From assembly GCA_963666835.2 (NCBI GenBank), contig CAXXGO010000001.1, forward strand, positions 576,001 through 640,000: a stretch of 64,000 nt of DNA. Reading direction: 5' to 3'. Each line of letters opens with the position of its first letter. Position 1 is the stretch's first letter. This stretch comes from Phycisphaerae bacterium (GTDB lineage: Bacteria; Planctomycetota; Phycisphaerae; UBA1845). The position numbers and the translations under genes are program-made. The notes beneath the pieces were generated by a model. That model saw nothing but the letters and a program-made list of their open reading frames with translations, was not told the origin of the DNA and made no database searches. Positions 10,917 through 20,207 of the stretch are shown piece by piece.

Positions 10917-11211
10917 GTTCCTTTCGAAAGCCGCCCGGGCGTTGATTCATCAGAAGAGTCCTCCATGCTCGCGAAAAGCGCCCACGTGGCCCGTGTCCAG
11001 CACAACATCACCCTTCTCCGAAGGCACGGCAGCCTAGCACGGATCTTCGCGCTCACAAGGTTTTCGCCGAGGCTCTGGCGGCCTCGCCGGCACCAATGAT
11101 GTCCCAGAACTCGCCGGGAACGTGGCGCTGAGAGAGGATCCCCGGAAGCGAGCTCCATTCGTCCTGTCCACGGGCGTGCTACGATGCGCTGTAGGCTGCT
11201 TGAGGGGGGGC

Positions 11212-11592
11212 CTAGACTTTCTTTTTCTCGCGGAAGAGTGGCGACTCGGCCAAGGTGAAGACCACGATCTCTTCTCCGGTGGTGGTGCTGATGTCGTGGT
11301 GCAGGCTCACGACCTTGATGCCGGTGACCTCCTGGACCGTCGATTCCAGGACCGGCCGGGCCGTTTCGATGAGTTGGATCCTCACTTGCTTGAGCAAGTC
11401 CCGGCCCTTCTCGGTTGGTTGCGACTGGACGAGATGCTGCTCGGCCGCGGTCAGAACGCCCTGAAGACGGACCACGAGGAGGTCGCTAATCAAGTGGGAC
11501 TGGATATTCTTCGGCCCGCGGCCCATGAACTCCTGTTCAAAACGCCTGATGCCCTCGGAAACGGCAGCCTCGATTTCTCCCTGTGTTTTCAT
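11212..11592 (-). CDS. DUF2294 / MpsC-like protein
   Basis: MKTQGEIEAA..FEQEFMGRGP, LVVRLQGVLTAAE, TGIKVVSLHHDISTTTGEE; GGAGG RBS before ATG 11592. Confidence 0.85.
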   Translation of the reverse strand: MKTQGEIEAAVSEGIRRFEQEFMGRGPKNIQSHLISDLLVVRLQGVLTAAEQHLVQSQPTEKGRDLLKQVRIQLIETARPVLESTVQEVTGIKVVSLHHDISTTTGEEIVVFTLAESPLFREKKKV

Positions 11593-11784
11593 CGTGACCT
11601 CCAACCTGTCCCACGTACCGGTCAAAGTCTGGCAGAGGCGAAACGTTTACTCGGCCAAAAGCGAAACCGTCTGGCGTCGGAAACCTGCGTAGTAGCAGGG
11701 AATCGCCGACCGGGTAATAATTCTGCTTTGTTTCTCAGAAACTGCAAGCATCGGCGCGCCGATGGAGTATACTATAGTAGTGAG

Positions 11785-11931
11785 CGGGGTTGCCGTACGC
11801 CTAACGGCGGCTCCGGTCGAGGTTTTCGGATGACTTAATAAAGGGCAACCCGGCGCTGCCGGGGCGTCCGTTGCAGAGTAAGCCGACGTGGTTGCGCACC
11901 TTCGGGTGTTTGGCCACGTCGGCTTTTTTTT
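11785..11931 (+). ncRNA. Structured leader with intrinsic terminator, copy 1 (candidate attenuator/riboswitch)
   Basis: P1 hairpin, CGGATGACT, GGCAACCCGGC-GCCGGGG, GTTGCAGAGTAAGCCG, then hairpin plus T8; homologous to copies at 12280 and 14766. Confidence 0.72.
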
Positions 11932-11944
11932 GAGGAGTTCAACC

Positions 11945-12211
11945 ATGGTTATCGGAGTAATCGGCTGGATCGTGTTGGGGCTCATCGCCGGCTACATTGC
12001 CAGCACGCTGGTAAACAAGCGTGGCAAAGGACTCGCCTTTGATATTCTGCTCGGCATGGTCGGCGCGGTGATTGGCGGCTGGATCTTCAACGCGGCCGGG
12101 GCTACCGGCGTGACGGGCTTCAATGCCTGGAGCCTTCTGGTGGCCGTGGTCGGAGCGGTGGTAGTGCTGGTAGTCTGGCACGCCATCCGACGCTCGGCCC
12201 GGCGCGCATGA
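11945..12211 (+). CDS. GlsB/YeaQ/YmgE (transglycosylase-associated) stress membrane protein
   Basis: GWIVLGLIAGYIA, DILLGMVGAVIGG, SLLVAVVGAVVVL; GAGGAG RBS. Confidence 0.88.
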   Translation: MVIGVIGWIVLGLIAGYIASTLVNKRGKGLAFDILLGMVGAVIGGWIFNAAGATGVTGFNAWSLLVAVVGAVVVLVVWHAIRRSARRA

Positions 12212-12279
12212 ACTTCACGATATCGACGTGAAAGGACCGCCTCATGTAGCGGCGTGAGTCCTCTCTCGTCGAGGCAGCG

Positions 12280-12441
12280 GTAGAAGATGTACGGAGCCAA
12301 CGGTGACGTTTCGTTCGGCTCCAATCATGGTTTGAGTCGGATGACTAGATGAAGGGCAACCCGGCCTGGCCGGGGGGCTCGTTGAAGAGTAAGCCGACGT
12401 GGTCGCGCACCTTCGGGTGTCTGGCCGCGTCGGCTTTTTTT
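12280..12441 (+). ncRNA. Structured leader with intrinsic terminator, copy 2
   Basis: GGAGCCAACG/CGTTCGGCTCC hairpin, AGTC-GGAT-GACT, conserved core, terminator plus T7. Confidence 0.75.
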
Positions 12442-12499
12442 GTTCTTGGCGGCCGCGGTGGTGCGGACGAACGATCCTTTCGCAGAAAGGTGCAGAGAC

Positions 12500-12949
12500 A
12501 TGTTAAGAACCCGATGGCATCCTTTGGGCGTGGTGTGGCCGGAGATGAACCGTCTGCCGGCGGAAATGGAGCATAGGTTAGGCCGTTTTGTGATGAACGA
12601 CCCGAGGCGGCTTGCCCACAGCGCCTATCCGCCGCTCAACCTCTGGGAGGACGACAACAACCTGTACGTCGAAGCGGAACTTCCCGAGCTTGAGGTGACC
12701 GACCTGGAGATCTTTGTCAAAGGCGACAACGAGCTGTCGATCAAAGGCGAGCGCAAGCAACCCGAACTGGGAGAGGGCAAGTGGCATCGTCGGGAGCGAG
12801 GCCATGGTGAGTTCTCGCGGGTGGGCGTGTTGCCTCACTACGTGGACAGCGACAAGGTCACGGCCAAATTCAGGCACGGTGTGTTGACCATCACGTTGCC
12901 GAAGCGAAAGGAGGCCCAGGCGCGGCGAATCGAGGCCAAAGCCACCTAA
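12500..12949 (+). CDS. Hsp20/alpha-crystallin small heat shock protein
   Basis: YPPLNLWED, AELP, LSIKGERK, RRER..GEFSR, A.F..GVLTITLPK. Confidence 0.92.
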   Translation: MLRTRWHPLGVVWPEMNRLPAEMEHRLGRFVMNDPRRLAHSAYPPLNLWEDDNNLYVEAELPELEVTDLEIFVKGDNELSIKGERKQPELGEGKWHRRERGHGEFSRVGVLPHYVDSDKVTAKFRHGVLTITLPKRKEAQARRIEAKAT

Positions 12950-13108
12950 TTCCGACACCGGCCGCGTCTCGCCCGCCTTCCACGTCGGCAGGTTGGGTCG
13001 AAAGTGGCCATGTCACGGGAGGTGGGCCTCGACACGAAATCGGCGGTCAATGCGAGCGCGAAACAACGTTTTGGAACGTATTTTCTTGACAAAGTGGAGG
13101 TGCAAACC

Positions 13109-13504
13109 ATGACACCAACCTTAACGACGGAAGAAACCCACAGCGACGTTGCCCCCGTGGAACGTACACTCGGTGGGATTACTTTCAGTCCCCGGTTCGA
13201 CATCTGGGAGAACGACGACGAGACGATTCTGTACGGCGATCTACCCGGTGTCATGCCGAGGGATTTGGATGTTAGCTTCGAAAAGCCCGTGCTGACGATT
13301 CACGGCAAAGTCAGTCCGCGCCACGATGACATCAAGTTCCTGCACGGCGAATACGGAATCGGCGATTTTCACCGTACGTTCACCATCGGCGAAGCGATCG
13401 ACACGGAGAGGATCTCCGCCGAATTCAAGAACGGTGTCCTGACCGTGCATTTGCCGAAGGACGAGAAGGTGAAACCGCGTGAGATCGAGGTCAAATGCCG
13501 CTGA
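13109..13504 (+). CDS. Hsp20/alpha-crystallin small heat shock protein
   Basis: PRFDIWE, DLPGV, EYGIGDFHRTF, AEFKNGVLTVHLPK; GGAGG RBS. Confidence 0.92.
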   Translation: MTPTLTTEETHSDVAPVERTLGGITFSPRFDIWENDDETILYGDLPGVMPRDLDVSFEKPVLTIHGKVSPRHDDIKFLHGEYGIGDFHRTFTIGEAIDTERISAEFKNGVLTVHLPKDEKVKPREIEVKCR

Positions 13505-13753
13505 TGCAAAGACCTCTGAGGAATCGTATCTGGTTCGAAATCGGAGCCGCTGGCGCCGAAGGCAAAGGACGCTGCGCTGAGCCCTCCTCGTGTCACCACA
13601 ATGAAAGGTCTTCCAGTTGCTCCATTCTGATCATCCTGCTGCCTACGGGACGCACGTGATCACCAGCGCAGCGAGATCGTCTGCGCTCAAGAAGGAGGTC
13701 TGGTTATGACTCGATTCGCTTGGATGACTGATTGATCTAAAAGGAGAATCTTC

Positions 13754-14740
13754 ATGGATCCTATCGTGTATGCAGTGATCTTCGCCGTTGTCGTTCCTTT
13801 AGTGGTCTTTTTCTCGGGCATCAGGCTTGTTCGTCCAACACACAAGGGACTCGTCGAGAGGCTCGGCAGGTACCGGCGCTTCGCGAATCCGGGTTTCAAC
13901 TGGATCATCCCTGTCATTGACAGAATGATCAAGGTCAACACGACGGAGCAGATGGTTGATGCCCAGCCGCAAGAGATCATCACCAACGACAATCTCAACG
14001 CCAGGGTGGATGCCCAAGTCTACTTCAAAGTGAAGGACGACGAGGAAAGCGTCAAGAGTTCCCAGTACCACGTCAACAACTACCAGAGTCAGATTGTCAG
14101 CCTGGCTCGGACGACACTCCGCAATATCATCGGCACGTTAACCCTGAAATCCGCCAACAGCGAACGAGACAACATCAACGGTGCGCTTCTGACTACGTTG
14201 AGCAAGGAAACCATGAGCTGGGGAATGGCGATTGTCAGGACCGAACTGAAGGAAATCGACCCTCCCAAGGATGTCCAGGAGACGATGAACAAGGTTGTCA
14301 AAGCGGAGAACGAGAAGGTAGCCGCCTTGGATTTCGCCAACGCGGTCGAGAGACAGGCGGATGGGGAAAAGAGGGCGGAGATCAAGAAGGCCGAAGGCAT
14401 CAGGCAGGCCAAGATTCTTGCGGCGGAGGGCGAGGCTCAGGCAATAAAGCTCGTGAATGAGGCGGCGAACACATACTTCATTGGAAACGCACAGCTTCTG
14501 AGGAAGCTGGAGGCCCTCGAGAGCTCATTGAGCCACAATGCCAAGATCGTCATTCCGTCAGGCTGTGAACTGGTCAATGTCATCGGAGAGATGGCCGGCG
14601 TTTTGCCGCTGGCGGGCGGAAACGGACGACGCCGAAGCGAAGACGGAAAACACGGGTCCGCGGAGTTGGCGCGGGCGGCCCAGCGGGTGGTCAAGCCTTC
14701 TGTTATGAGGGAGGAGGTCCGCTCGCAGCCTGCGCTGTAG
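13754..14740 (+). CDS. SPFH/band 7 (stomatin-like) protein
   Basis: N-terminal TM, VERLGRY, PQEIITNDN, TTLRNIIG, ELKEIDPP. Confidence 0.9.
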   Translation: MDPIVYAVIFAVVVPLVVFFSGIRLVRPTHKGLVERLGRYRRFANPGFNWIIPVIDRMIKVNTTEQMVDAQPQEIITNDNLNARVDAQVYFKVKDDEESVKSSQYHVNNYQSQIVSLARTTLRNIIGTLTLKSANSERDNINGALLTTLSKETMSWGMAIVRTELKEIDPPKDVQETMNKVVKAENEKVAALDFANAVERQADGEKRAEIKKAEGIRQAKILAAEGEAQAIKLVNEAANTYFIGNAQLLRKLEALESSLSHNAKIVIPSGCELVNVIGEMAGVLPLAGGNGRRRSEDGKHGSAELARAAQRVVKPSVMREEVRSQPAL

Positions 14741-14765
14741 ATGCTGGTCGGCATTCATGCGGTCA

Positions 14766-14925
14766 GTAGAGGATGTACGGAGCCACCGGTGACGTTTGAT
14801 TCGGCTCCGATCACAGTTTGAGTCGGATGACTAGACGAATGGCAACCCGGCCGTGCCGGGGGGCTCGTTGAAGAGTAAGCCGGCGTGGTCAGACACCTTA
14901 TGGTGTCCCACCGCGCCGGCTTTTT
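14766..14925 (+). ncRNA. Structured leader with intrinsic terminator, copy 3
   Basis: Close to copy 2 in the 5' part; terminator stem carries compensatory changes. Confidence 0.75.
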
Positions 14926-14973
14926 CTCGCTTGCAGTGGTAGTGGACGGCCGTAGCGGCCAGGGAGGAACGCC

Positions 14974-15393
14974 ATGGACAAACCCAATTCAACAATGGCG
15001 CGCCAGATTGCCCAGGCGGCCAGTGTTTTCGAGCAGCAGAGGACGGGCAACACACCCAAGTCCGTGACCGTGGTGCTGAGCGACACCACGCTGGTGATCA
15101 CGCTGCACGGGGCCTTGTCGGAGGCCGAGAAGGCCCTGGCGAGAAGTCCCGAGGGTGCCGCTCAGATACAAGACTTTCACCGACAGCTGTTCGCCAACGC
15201 CTCCGAGTCGTTGCGACAGGAGATCAAGAGGATTACTGGCGTGGAGGTGCGTGAGGCTACCGCGGAAGTCGAGCCGGCTACCGGCACCGTGGTAGGCGTG
15301 TTCACAAGCGGCACGACGGTACAGGTATACCAGCTCGCGCATGGCGTACCCACGGACACCTGGAACGGGAGTGAACGAGGCGACCAATCATGA
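14974..15393 (+). CDS. DUF2294 / MpsC-like protein (second paralog)
   Basis: FEQQRTGNTPKSVTVVL, LVITLHGALSEAE, FHRQLF, ITGVEV; GGAGG RBS. Confidence 0.8.
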   Translation: MDKPNSTMARQIAQAASVFEQQRTGNTPKSVTVVLSDTTLVITLHGALSEAEKALARSPEGAAQIQDFHRQLFANASESLRQEIKRITGVEVREATAEVEPATGTVVGVFTSGTTVQVYQLAHGVPTDTWNGSERGDQS

Positions 15394-15409
15394 GATCGGG
15401 GGTTCTACC

Positions 15410-15610
15410 ACGTTCCTTTTGTCGAGGAAGAACCGTAAATCCGTGGTTGCCGGATGTTCCAACTGCGTCGGGCGCCTTCTGCGGATCATGGTGCTCGTGT
15501 TTTATGACGGGACCGCAAGTCCGGGCTTTGAAGCCGGTGACGGTTTCCCTGTCCATCGTTGGGAGGTGTGCGAACGGATTCGCGCCGGTGTCGGGCTGGA
15601 AGCAGGTTGA
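15410..15610 (+). pseudogene. csrA: CsrA (carbon storage regulator)-like gene with ACG at the start position
   Basis: (T/M)FLLSRKNRKSVVAG...RIMVL...GFEA....PVHRWEVCERIRA follows the CsrA pattern MLVLSRK..ES..IG...PVHR.EV..RI. Confidence 0.68.
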
Positions 15611-15628
15611 CTGACAAGGAGAACACCG

Positions 15629-16072
15629 ATGGGTAAGACGAACGTCGAACGACGAAACCACGCGTGGTTTGCCCTGGCAGACGCAGAGCATTGTCGGCTC
15701 TTGTGCTGCCGCTTGACTGAACAAGGCACGCCACACGTTGACGAGTATGAAGCGATCGAGAACAAGTTTCCAGAACGTGAACACCTGCGGCCGCAGACCG
15801 GGGACGGCATGACCCATGATGTCGAGGAGAAGGAGCGACGTTTCACGGGGAAGATCGTGGAAAGGTTGCAGGAGAACGCCAAGAAGCACGAGATCGATTG
15901 CCTGGTCATCTTCGCGCCCGCTCGCATGCTCGGCGAACTCCGGAAGGCTTCCTCCCGACTGCTACCGGGACACCTTAAGGAACTCGAGGGCAATCTGATG
16001 CGGCTGCGCGTCGGTCAATTGGCGGAACATCCGATGATCCGCGAACTGGTGCAGGCCACGCATGAGGCATGA
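15629..16072 (+). CDS. Host attachment protein / baeRF-like (release factor-related) protein
   Basis: W..LAD..HCRL, RF...I.ERL, LVIFAPARMLGELRK. Confidence 0.7.
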   Translation: MGKTNVERRNHAWFALADAEHCRLLCCRLTEQGTPHVDEYEAIENKFPEREHLRPQTGDGMTHDVEEKERRFTGKIVERLQENAKKHEIDCLVIFAPARMLGELRKASSRLLPGHLKELEGNLMRLRVGQLAEHPMIRELVQATHEA

Positions 16073-16149
16073 TTAACCGGCATTTGGGGCCGTAGTCGGC
16101 TTTTCTTATGAATATTTGGATCTTATATCAAACAAAAGGAGCGACACAA

Positions 16150-17649
16150 ATGAAGTCCATCGGCTTTCTTGCGGCGATTCTGGCAGTCGCCTGTACAGGA
16201 CTGAGTCCAAGCACAGCTCGGGCATTACAGCCGCCGCCGCCGCGGCCTGAGGGCGAGGACGGCGTGCTGGTGCTCACGCGTGGGCCGGTGCATGAGGCAT
16301 TTGCCGAGACGGTCACTTTTGACCCCGAGCCGGGCATCGTTGTGACCATGGCCCCCCCGAATCCAATCGACGAAGTGCCGCCGGATCAGAGGCCGGAAGG
16401 CGCCGACGTCACCTGGATTCCCGGCTACACCGCCTGGGACGACGAGCGAAATGACTACCTTTGGGTCAGCGGCGTGTGGCGCGCCCCCCCGCCCGGTCGT
16501 CAATGGATGTCCGGGTATTGGGGGAGGACGCAACAAGGCTTTCAGTGGACTTCCGGGTACTGGGCCGATGCGGAGATGAATGAGGTTGAATATCTGCCCG
16601 AGCCGCCGGAGACCGTGGAAGTCGGGCCCGGCATGCCCGCCTTTTCGTCGGACCAGAGTTGGATCCCAGGCTCCTGGATTTGGCACCAGGGGCGCTACGC
16701 CTGGCGTCCGGGTTACTGGGTAACTGTGCAGTCGGATTGGGATTGGATTCCTGCCCATTACACGTGGACGCCCCGCGGCTACGTCTTTGTCGATGGCTAC
16801 TGGGATTACGACGTCGGACGGCGCGGCGTATTGTTCGCCCCGATTTATTTCGACGCAGGTGTCTACAGGCGCAGCGGTTACTATTACTCGCCTTCAACCG
16901 TGATCAGCCTGGACGTATTCTCCGACCATCTTTTCGTGCGTCCGCGATACAACCACTATTACTTCGGTGATTACTATGATGCCAGCTACCAAGGCGCGGG
17001 GTTCTACTCTCGGCTTGCGTTCCAGTCGAGCCGTCGCGGCTACGATCCGATTTACGTCCATCAGCGCTGGAGGCATCGGCAAGACCCCGCCTGGGAGGTC
17101 CGCCTCGACACGGATTTCCGCCACCGCCGCGAGCACATCGAGGCGCGACCGCCGCGCACTTTTCGCGCCCAGATAGCCCTAAACACCGGCGGAGGCACGA
17201 GGGAGGGCGGCCTCGTGATCGCCGCCACCTTCGATAACTTCGTGCGAAGCAAAGACAGTTCGGTGCGATTCCGCGCGGTGGACGGTGCGGAAAGACAGAC
17301 TTTCGTTCAGCGTGGGAGGGAAGTCCGGAAATTCCGCGAGGAACGGCAAAAGCTGGAAACCCATGCGGCGGATCGGTCGGCCAATGACCGTAACCGTCAA
17401 TTCGCACCGGCCAGAGCGATCATTCCCAGGTCCCCGATTATGGCGAGGCGCCCCAATGAATTCGCCAAGGACCGAAGGCCCCCGACGAGGCACAAGGCGC
17501 CGGAGCCGGATCCGAGAGTCGAGGCCAAGCCGAGAAAGGCCCGTGGCCCGGCCGAATCGTCGAAGGCGAGGTCGCAGGAAGAACGCGAGTCTCCTGCGAA
17601 GCAGCGAAAGGCGAAGACTGACAAACGCAAGGGCAAAGACAAACCTTAG
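16150..17649 (+). CDS. Secreted YXWGXW-repeat protein
   Basis: Signal peptide, VLTRGPVHEAFA, repeated WIPG.W.W / W.SGYW motifs, basic low-complexity tail. Confidence 0.82.
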   Translation: MKSIGFLAAILAVACTGLSPSTARALQPPPPRPEGEDGVLVLTRGPVHEAFAETVTFDPEPGIVVTMAPPNPIDEVPPDQRPEGADVTWIPGYTAWDDERNDYLWVSGVWRAPPPGRQWMSGYWGRTQQGFQWTSGYWADAEMNEVEYLPEPPETVEVGPGMPAFSSDQSWIPGSWIWHQGRYAWRPGYWVTVQSDWDWIPAHYTWTPRGYVFVDGYWDYDVGRRGVLFAPIYFDAGVYRRSGYYYSPSTVISLDVFSDHLFVRPRYNHYYFGDYYDASYQGAGFYSRLAFQSSRRGYDPIYVHQRWRHRQDPAWEVRLDTDFRHRREHIEARPPRTFRAQIALNTGGGTREGGLVIAATFDNFVRSKDSSVRFRAVDGAERQTFVQRGREVRKFREERQKLETHAADRSANDRNRQFAPARAIIPRSPIMARRPNEFAKDRRPPTRHKAPEPDPRVEAKPRKARGPAESSKARSQEERESPAKQRKAKTDKRKGKDKP

Positions 17650-17691
17650 ACGGTTGAAGTGGACAACGTGTCACAAAAATGGGAGTGTGCG

Positions 17692-17958
17692 ATGAAGACA
17701 TTGATTAAGGTGCTGGTCGTGCTGGCGATCTGCGTAGCCGGGCTGGGGTTTTACAGAGGCTGGTTCTCCCTGTCGGGCAGCGGACGCGACGCCGATAGCA
17801 ATAAGGTCGAAGTCAGTTTGACGGTCGACCCCGACAAAATGAAGGAGGATGCCGAGAAGGTGGAGGAAAAGACTGCAGAGCTGACCGACGAGGCCGCGGC
17901 GCAAGCCAAAGAGCTCGGTGGTCAGGCAACAGGCAATGCGAACTCGGATGATAAATAG
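17692..17958 (+). CDS. Small membrane-anchored hypothetical protein
   Basis: N-terminal TM ending GFYRGWF, LTVDPDKMKED; GGAG RBS. Confidence 0.7.
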   Translation: MKTLIKVLVVLAICVAGLGFYRGWFSLSGSGRDADSNKVEVSLTVDPDKMKEDAEKVEEKTAELTDEAAAQAKELGGQATGNANSDDK

Positions 17959-18038
17959 GGGACGCGAAGAGAAGTTAGCCCTGAAACGACACACGATGCT
18001 ACTCCCTGCGTTCGGCGCTTTTCTGAGAGGAAACTGAG

Positions 18039-18194
18039 ATGCTTTCCACAGTTTTGATCGTTATCTTGATTTTCACGGTCTTGGGTGCGCTACCCAGGTG
18101 GTCTCACAGCAAAAACTGGGGTTATTACTCAAGCGGCGGACTTGGATTGGTTTTGGCCGTGGTGGTCATCCTGGTGCTCCTGGGACAGATCTGA
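18039..18194 (+). CDS. DUF3309 family small membrane protein (not in ORF track)
   Basis: Hand translation MLSTVLIVILIFTVLGALPRWSHSKNWGYYSSGGLGLVLAVVVILVLLGQI; GAGG RBS. Confidence 0.85.
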   Translation: MLSTVLIVILIFTVLGALPRWSHSKNWGYYSSGGLGLVLAVVVILVLLGQI

Positions 18195-18203
18195 TCATTA
18201 ACG

Positions 18204-19751
18204 ATGGGCAAATCGCTAAAACTTACAGTGATCGGCGTGGTGTGCGCGGTCGTTGTCGTTGGGGGAGCGGCGTGGTTGTACGTTCATCTCGGCAAACGCG
18301 GGACGTCGCGCCTGGAGCAGTGGATCGGCCAACAGATTGTCGGCGTCGTGCAGGGGCATCTCAACTGCACTGCAGGGTTCGAGACGTTGGACTATCAAGC
18401 GCCTAAGACGGTTGAGGTCACAGGTTTGTCGCTCTCGCGCGACGGGAACGAAATTGTCGGCGCGTCGCGCATGCTGATCGAGCTCGGCGAAAGGCCGCGA
18501 TTATCCGAGCCGATTCAGATTCAACTGATCGAGGTGGACGATCCGCACATGATGTTCAAAGCCGCCCCTGGCGGCGGGTTCGTCGGATGGAACAATCTGG
18601 TTCGTTCGGAGGTTGTTGAGAATCCCGACAGTGTCGAAGCCGGCAAACGACTGAGCGACGTGCTCGTGCTGCGGCACGTCGAGGTCAAGAACGGGCGGTT
18701 GGTCTACGAGCCGACGGACGGCAACGCAGCGATGAAGATGACCGGGCTTGGCTTCACCATGGACACCGTTCCAGAGGCGGACGATCCCGGCTGGTATGCG
18801 CTGAACTGTGCGTTCGGGCGCGAAGGTCTGAGCGAGTTCAATGCGGAGGCGCGATTGAATCTTGACACGGCTGTTATCGAGATCAAGCGAATCAAAGGGG
18901 CGCTGACACTGGACAAGGAGAAGTATTCAATCATGCCGCCGCCGGTGCAGGAGCTGCTTCGCAAGCACGAGGTGCGCGGGTCACTGACGCTCAGCGTGTC
19001 GGGACGGGCGCCGCTGAAAGATCTCTTCGGCGCGGAATTGTCGGTGCGCGCCGTGTTGGACGACGCTTACGCCGCGGTCGGCGAATACCAGTTGCCGGTT
19101 GACCGCATCGAGGTGTCGGCGGAAACCGCTGACCGGAAATTGGACGCGACGCTTGCGGCGGAGCTGCTCGACGGTGACATCGACGGTCGGGCGGAGATCG
19201 AATTGGCTGGAGCCATGCCGGTCAACGCTTCCTGGCAAGTCAAATCCATCGAGATCCGCGAGATGCTACGCGAAGCGGTGCAGGAAGGAGTGCCGCAATA
19301 CGCGGGCAAGGTGTTCATCAGCGGCAGCGCAAAGGCGCGGTCGAAAGACATGCCCGCGTCACTGAGCGGGTCGGGCAACTTCAGCATCACACAGGGCAAT
19401 CTGACTTTCCTGCCCGGATTCACGGATCTTGTCCGTAAGGTCGCGCTGAACGCCTCGTTCGCCCAGCCGTCATTCGCCCATAAGGCCGGGGGGGACTACG
19501 TGATTCAGCCGCATGCGATACGGATCGAGCAGATGGAGATCGAGACGGATTGGATGGCCGCGCGCGTGCGCGGGGAAATCGGTTTTGACGGGCAGATTGA
19601 TCTAGACGTCAACGCCGGGCCTTTGGAAAAGCTACAGGCCGTGCTGGGACGCGTGGGCGAATTCTTCGGACAAATCACGGATACGCTGGTGACGTATCGA
19701 GTACACGGGCCGATGATGAAGCCGATGATAACGGTCAGACCGTTTGGGTAG
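18204..19751 (+). CDS. AsmA-like / beta-taco membrane-anchored protein
   Basis: N-terminal TM, beta-rich body, C-terminal GEIGFDGQIDL...YRVHGP..KP. Confidence 0.6.
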   Translation: MGKSLKLTVIGVVCAVVVVGGAAWLYVHLGKRGTSRLEQWIGQQIVGVVQGHLNCTAGFETLDYQAPKTVEVTGLSLSRDGNEIVGASRMLIELGERPRLSEPIQIQLIEVDDPHMMFKAAPGGGFVGWNNLVRSEVVENPDSVEAGKRLSDVLVLRHVEVKNGRLVYEPTDGNAAMKMTGLGFTMDTVPEADDPGWYALNCAFGREGLSEFNAEARLNLDTAVIEIKRIKGALTLDKEKYSIMPPPVQELLRKHEVRGSLTLSVSGRAPLKDLFGAELSVRAVLDDAYAAVGEYQLPVDRIEVSAETADRKLDATLAAELLDGDIDGRAEIELAGAMPVNASWQVKSIEIREMLREAVQEGVPQYAGKVFISGSAKARSKDMPASLSGSGNFSITQGNLTFLPGFTDLVRKVALNASFAQPSFAHKAGGDYVIQPHAIRIEQMEIETDWMAARVRGEIGFDGQIDLDVNAGPLEKLQAVLGRVGEFFGQITDTLVTYRVHGPMMKPMITVRPFG

Positions 19752-19883
19752 CGGGGCTGGCTGGGGCGAGGGGCTCCTTCAGTCCATTCTGTTGAGGTGT
19801 GCGCGGCGGAGGCGGATGGGCGCGCGCGAGGATGCTCACGCCTGGACAGGTTTGTCTGCAATGCGGAAGGAAAGGATCGCAAA

Positions 19884-20057
19884 ATGCCAAAAGATACGAA
19901 GAAAATGGCGGCGGCTCGCAGCCGTTTGCGGATGGGTGGCAGGAAGGCAAAGGCGGCGGCGAAAGTGAAAGCGGTTCGCCGCGCGGCTCGCGAAGACGTG
20001 TCGGAACGCCAAATCAAACGACGAAAGGAGCGCCAGCACAGCAAAACCGAGCAATAG
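19884..20057 (+). CDS. Small basic hypothetical protein
   Basis: AAGGA RBS, MPKDTKKMAAARSRLRMGGRKAK...; Lys/Arg-rich 57 aa. Confidence 0.45.
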   Translation: MPKDTKKMAAARSRLRMGGRKAKAAAKVKAVRRAAREDVSERQIKRRKERQHSKTEQ

Positions 20058-20207
20058 GACGCGTGCGGATGAGCATGGACCATCCGGGCGGTGTCCGGGA
20101 CCGGCACCTAGTTCTCGCACGAAGCGCCGAGAAAACCTTGAAGCCGCGCGAACATCTGCGGTTCACCTGATTTCGCGCACTCGGAGCGCAGTCTGGAGGC
20201 TTTCACA

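Noticed and set aside
11842..11870. c-di-GMP-I riboswitch, suggested by GGGCAACCC...GGGGCG
   Set aside because: No GAAA tetraloop, receptor or P3 stem, and copies 2 and 3 lack the GRCGC strand. SAM-I and T-box consensus elements are also absent. An Rfam scan is still needed.
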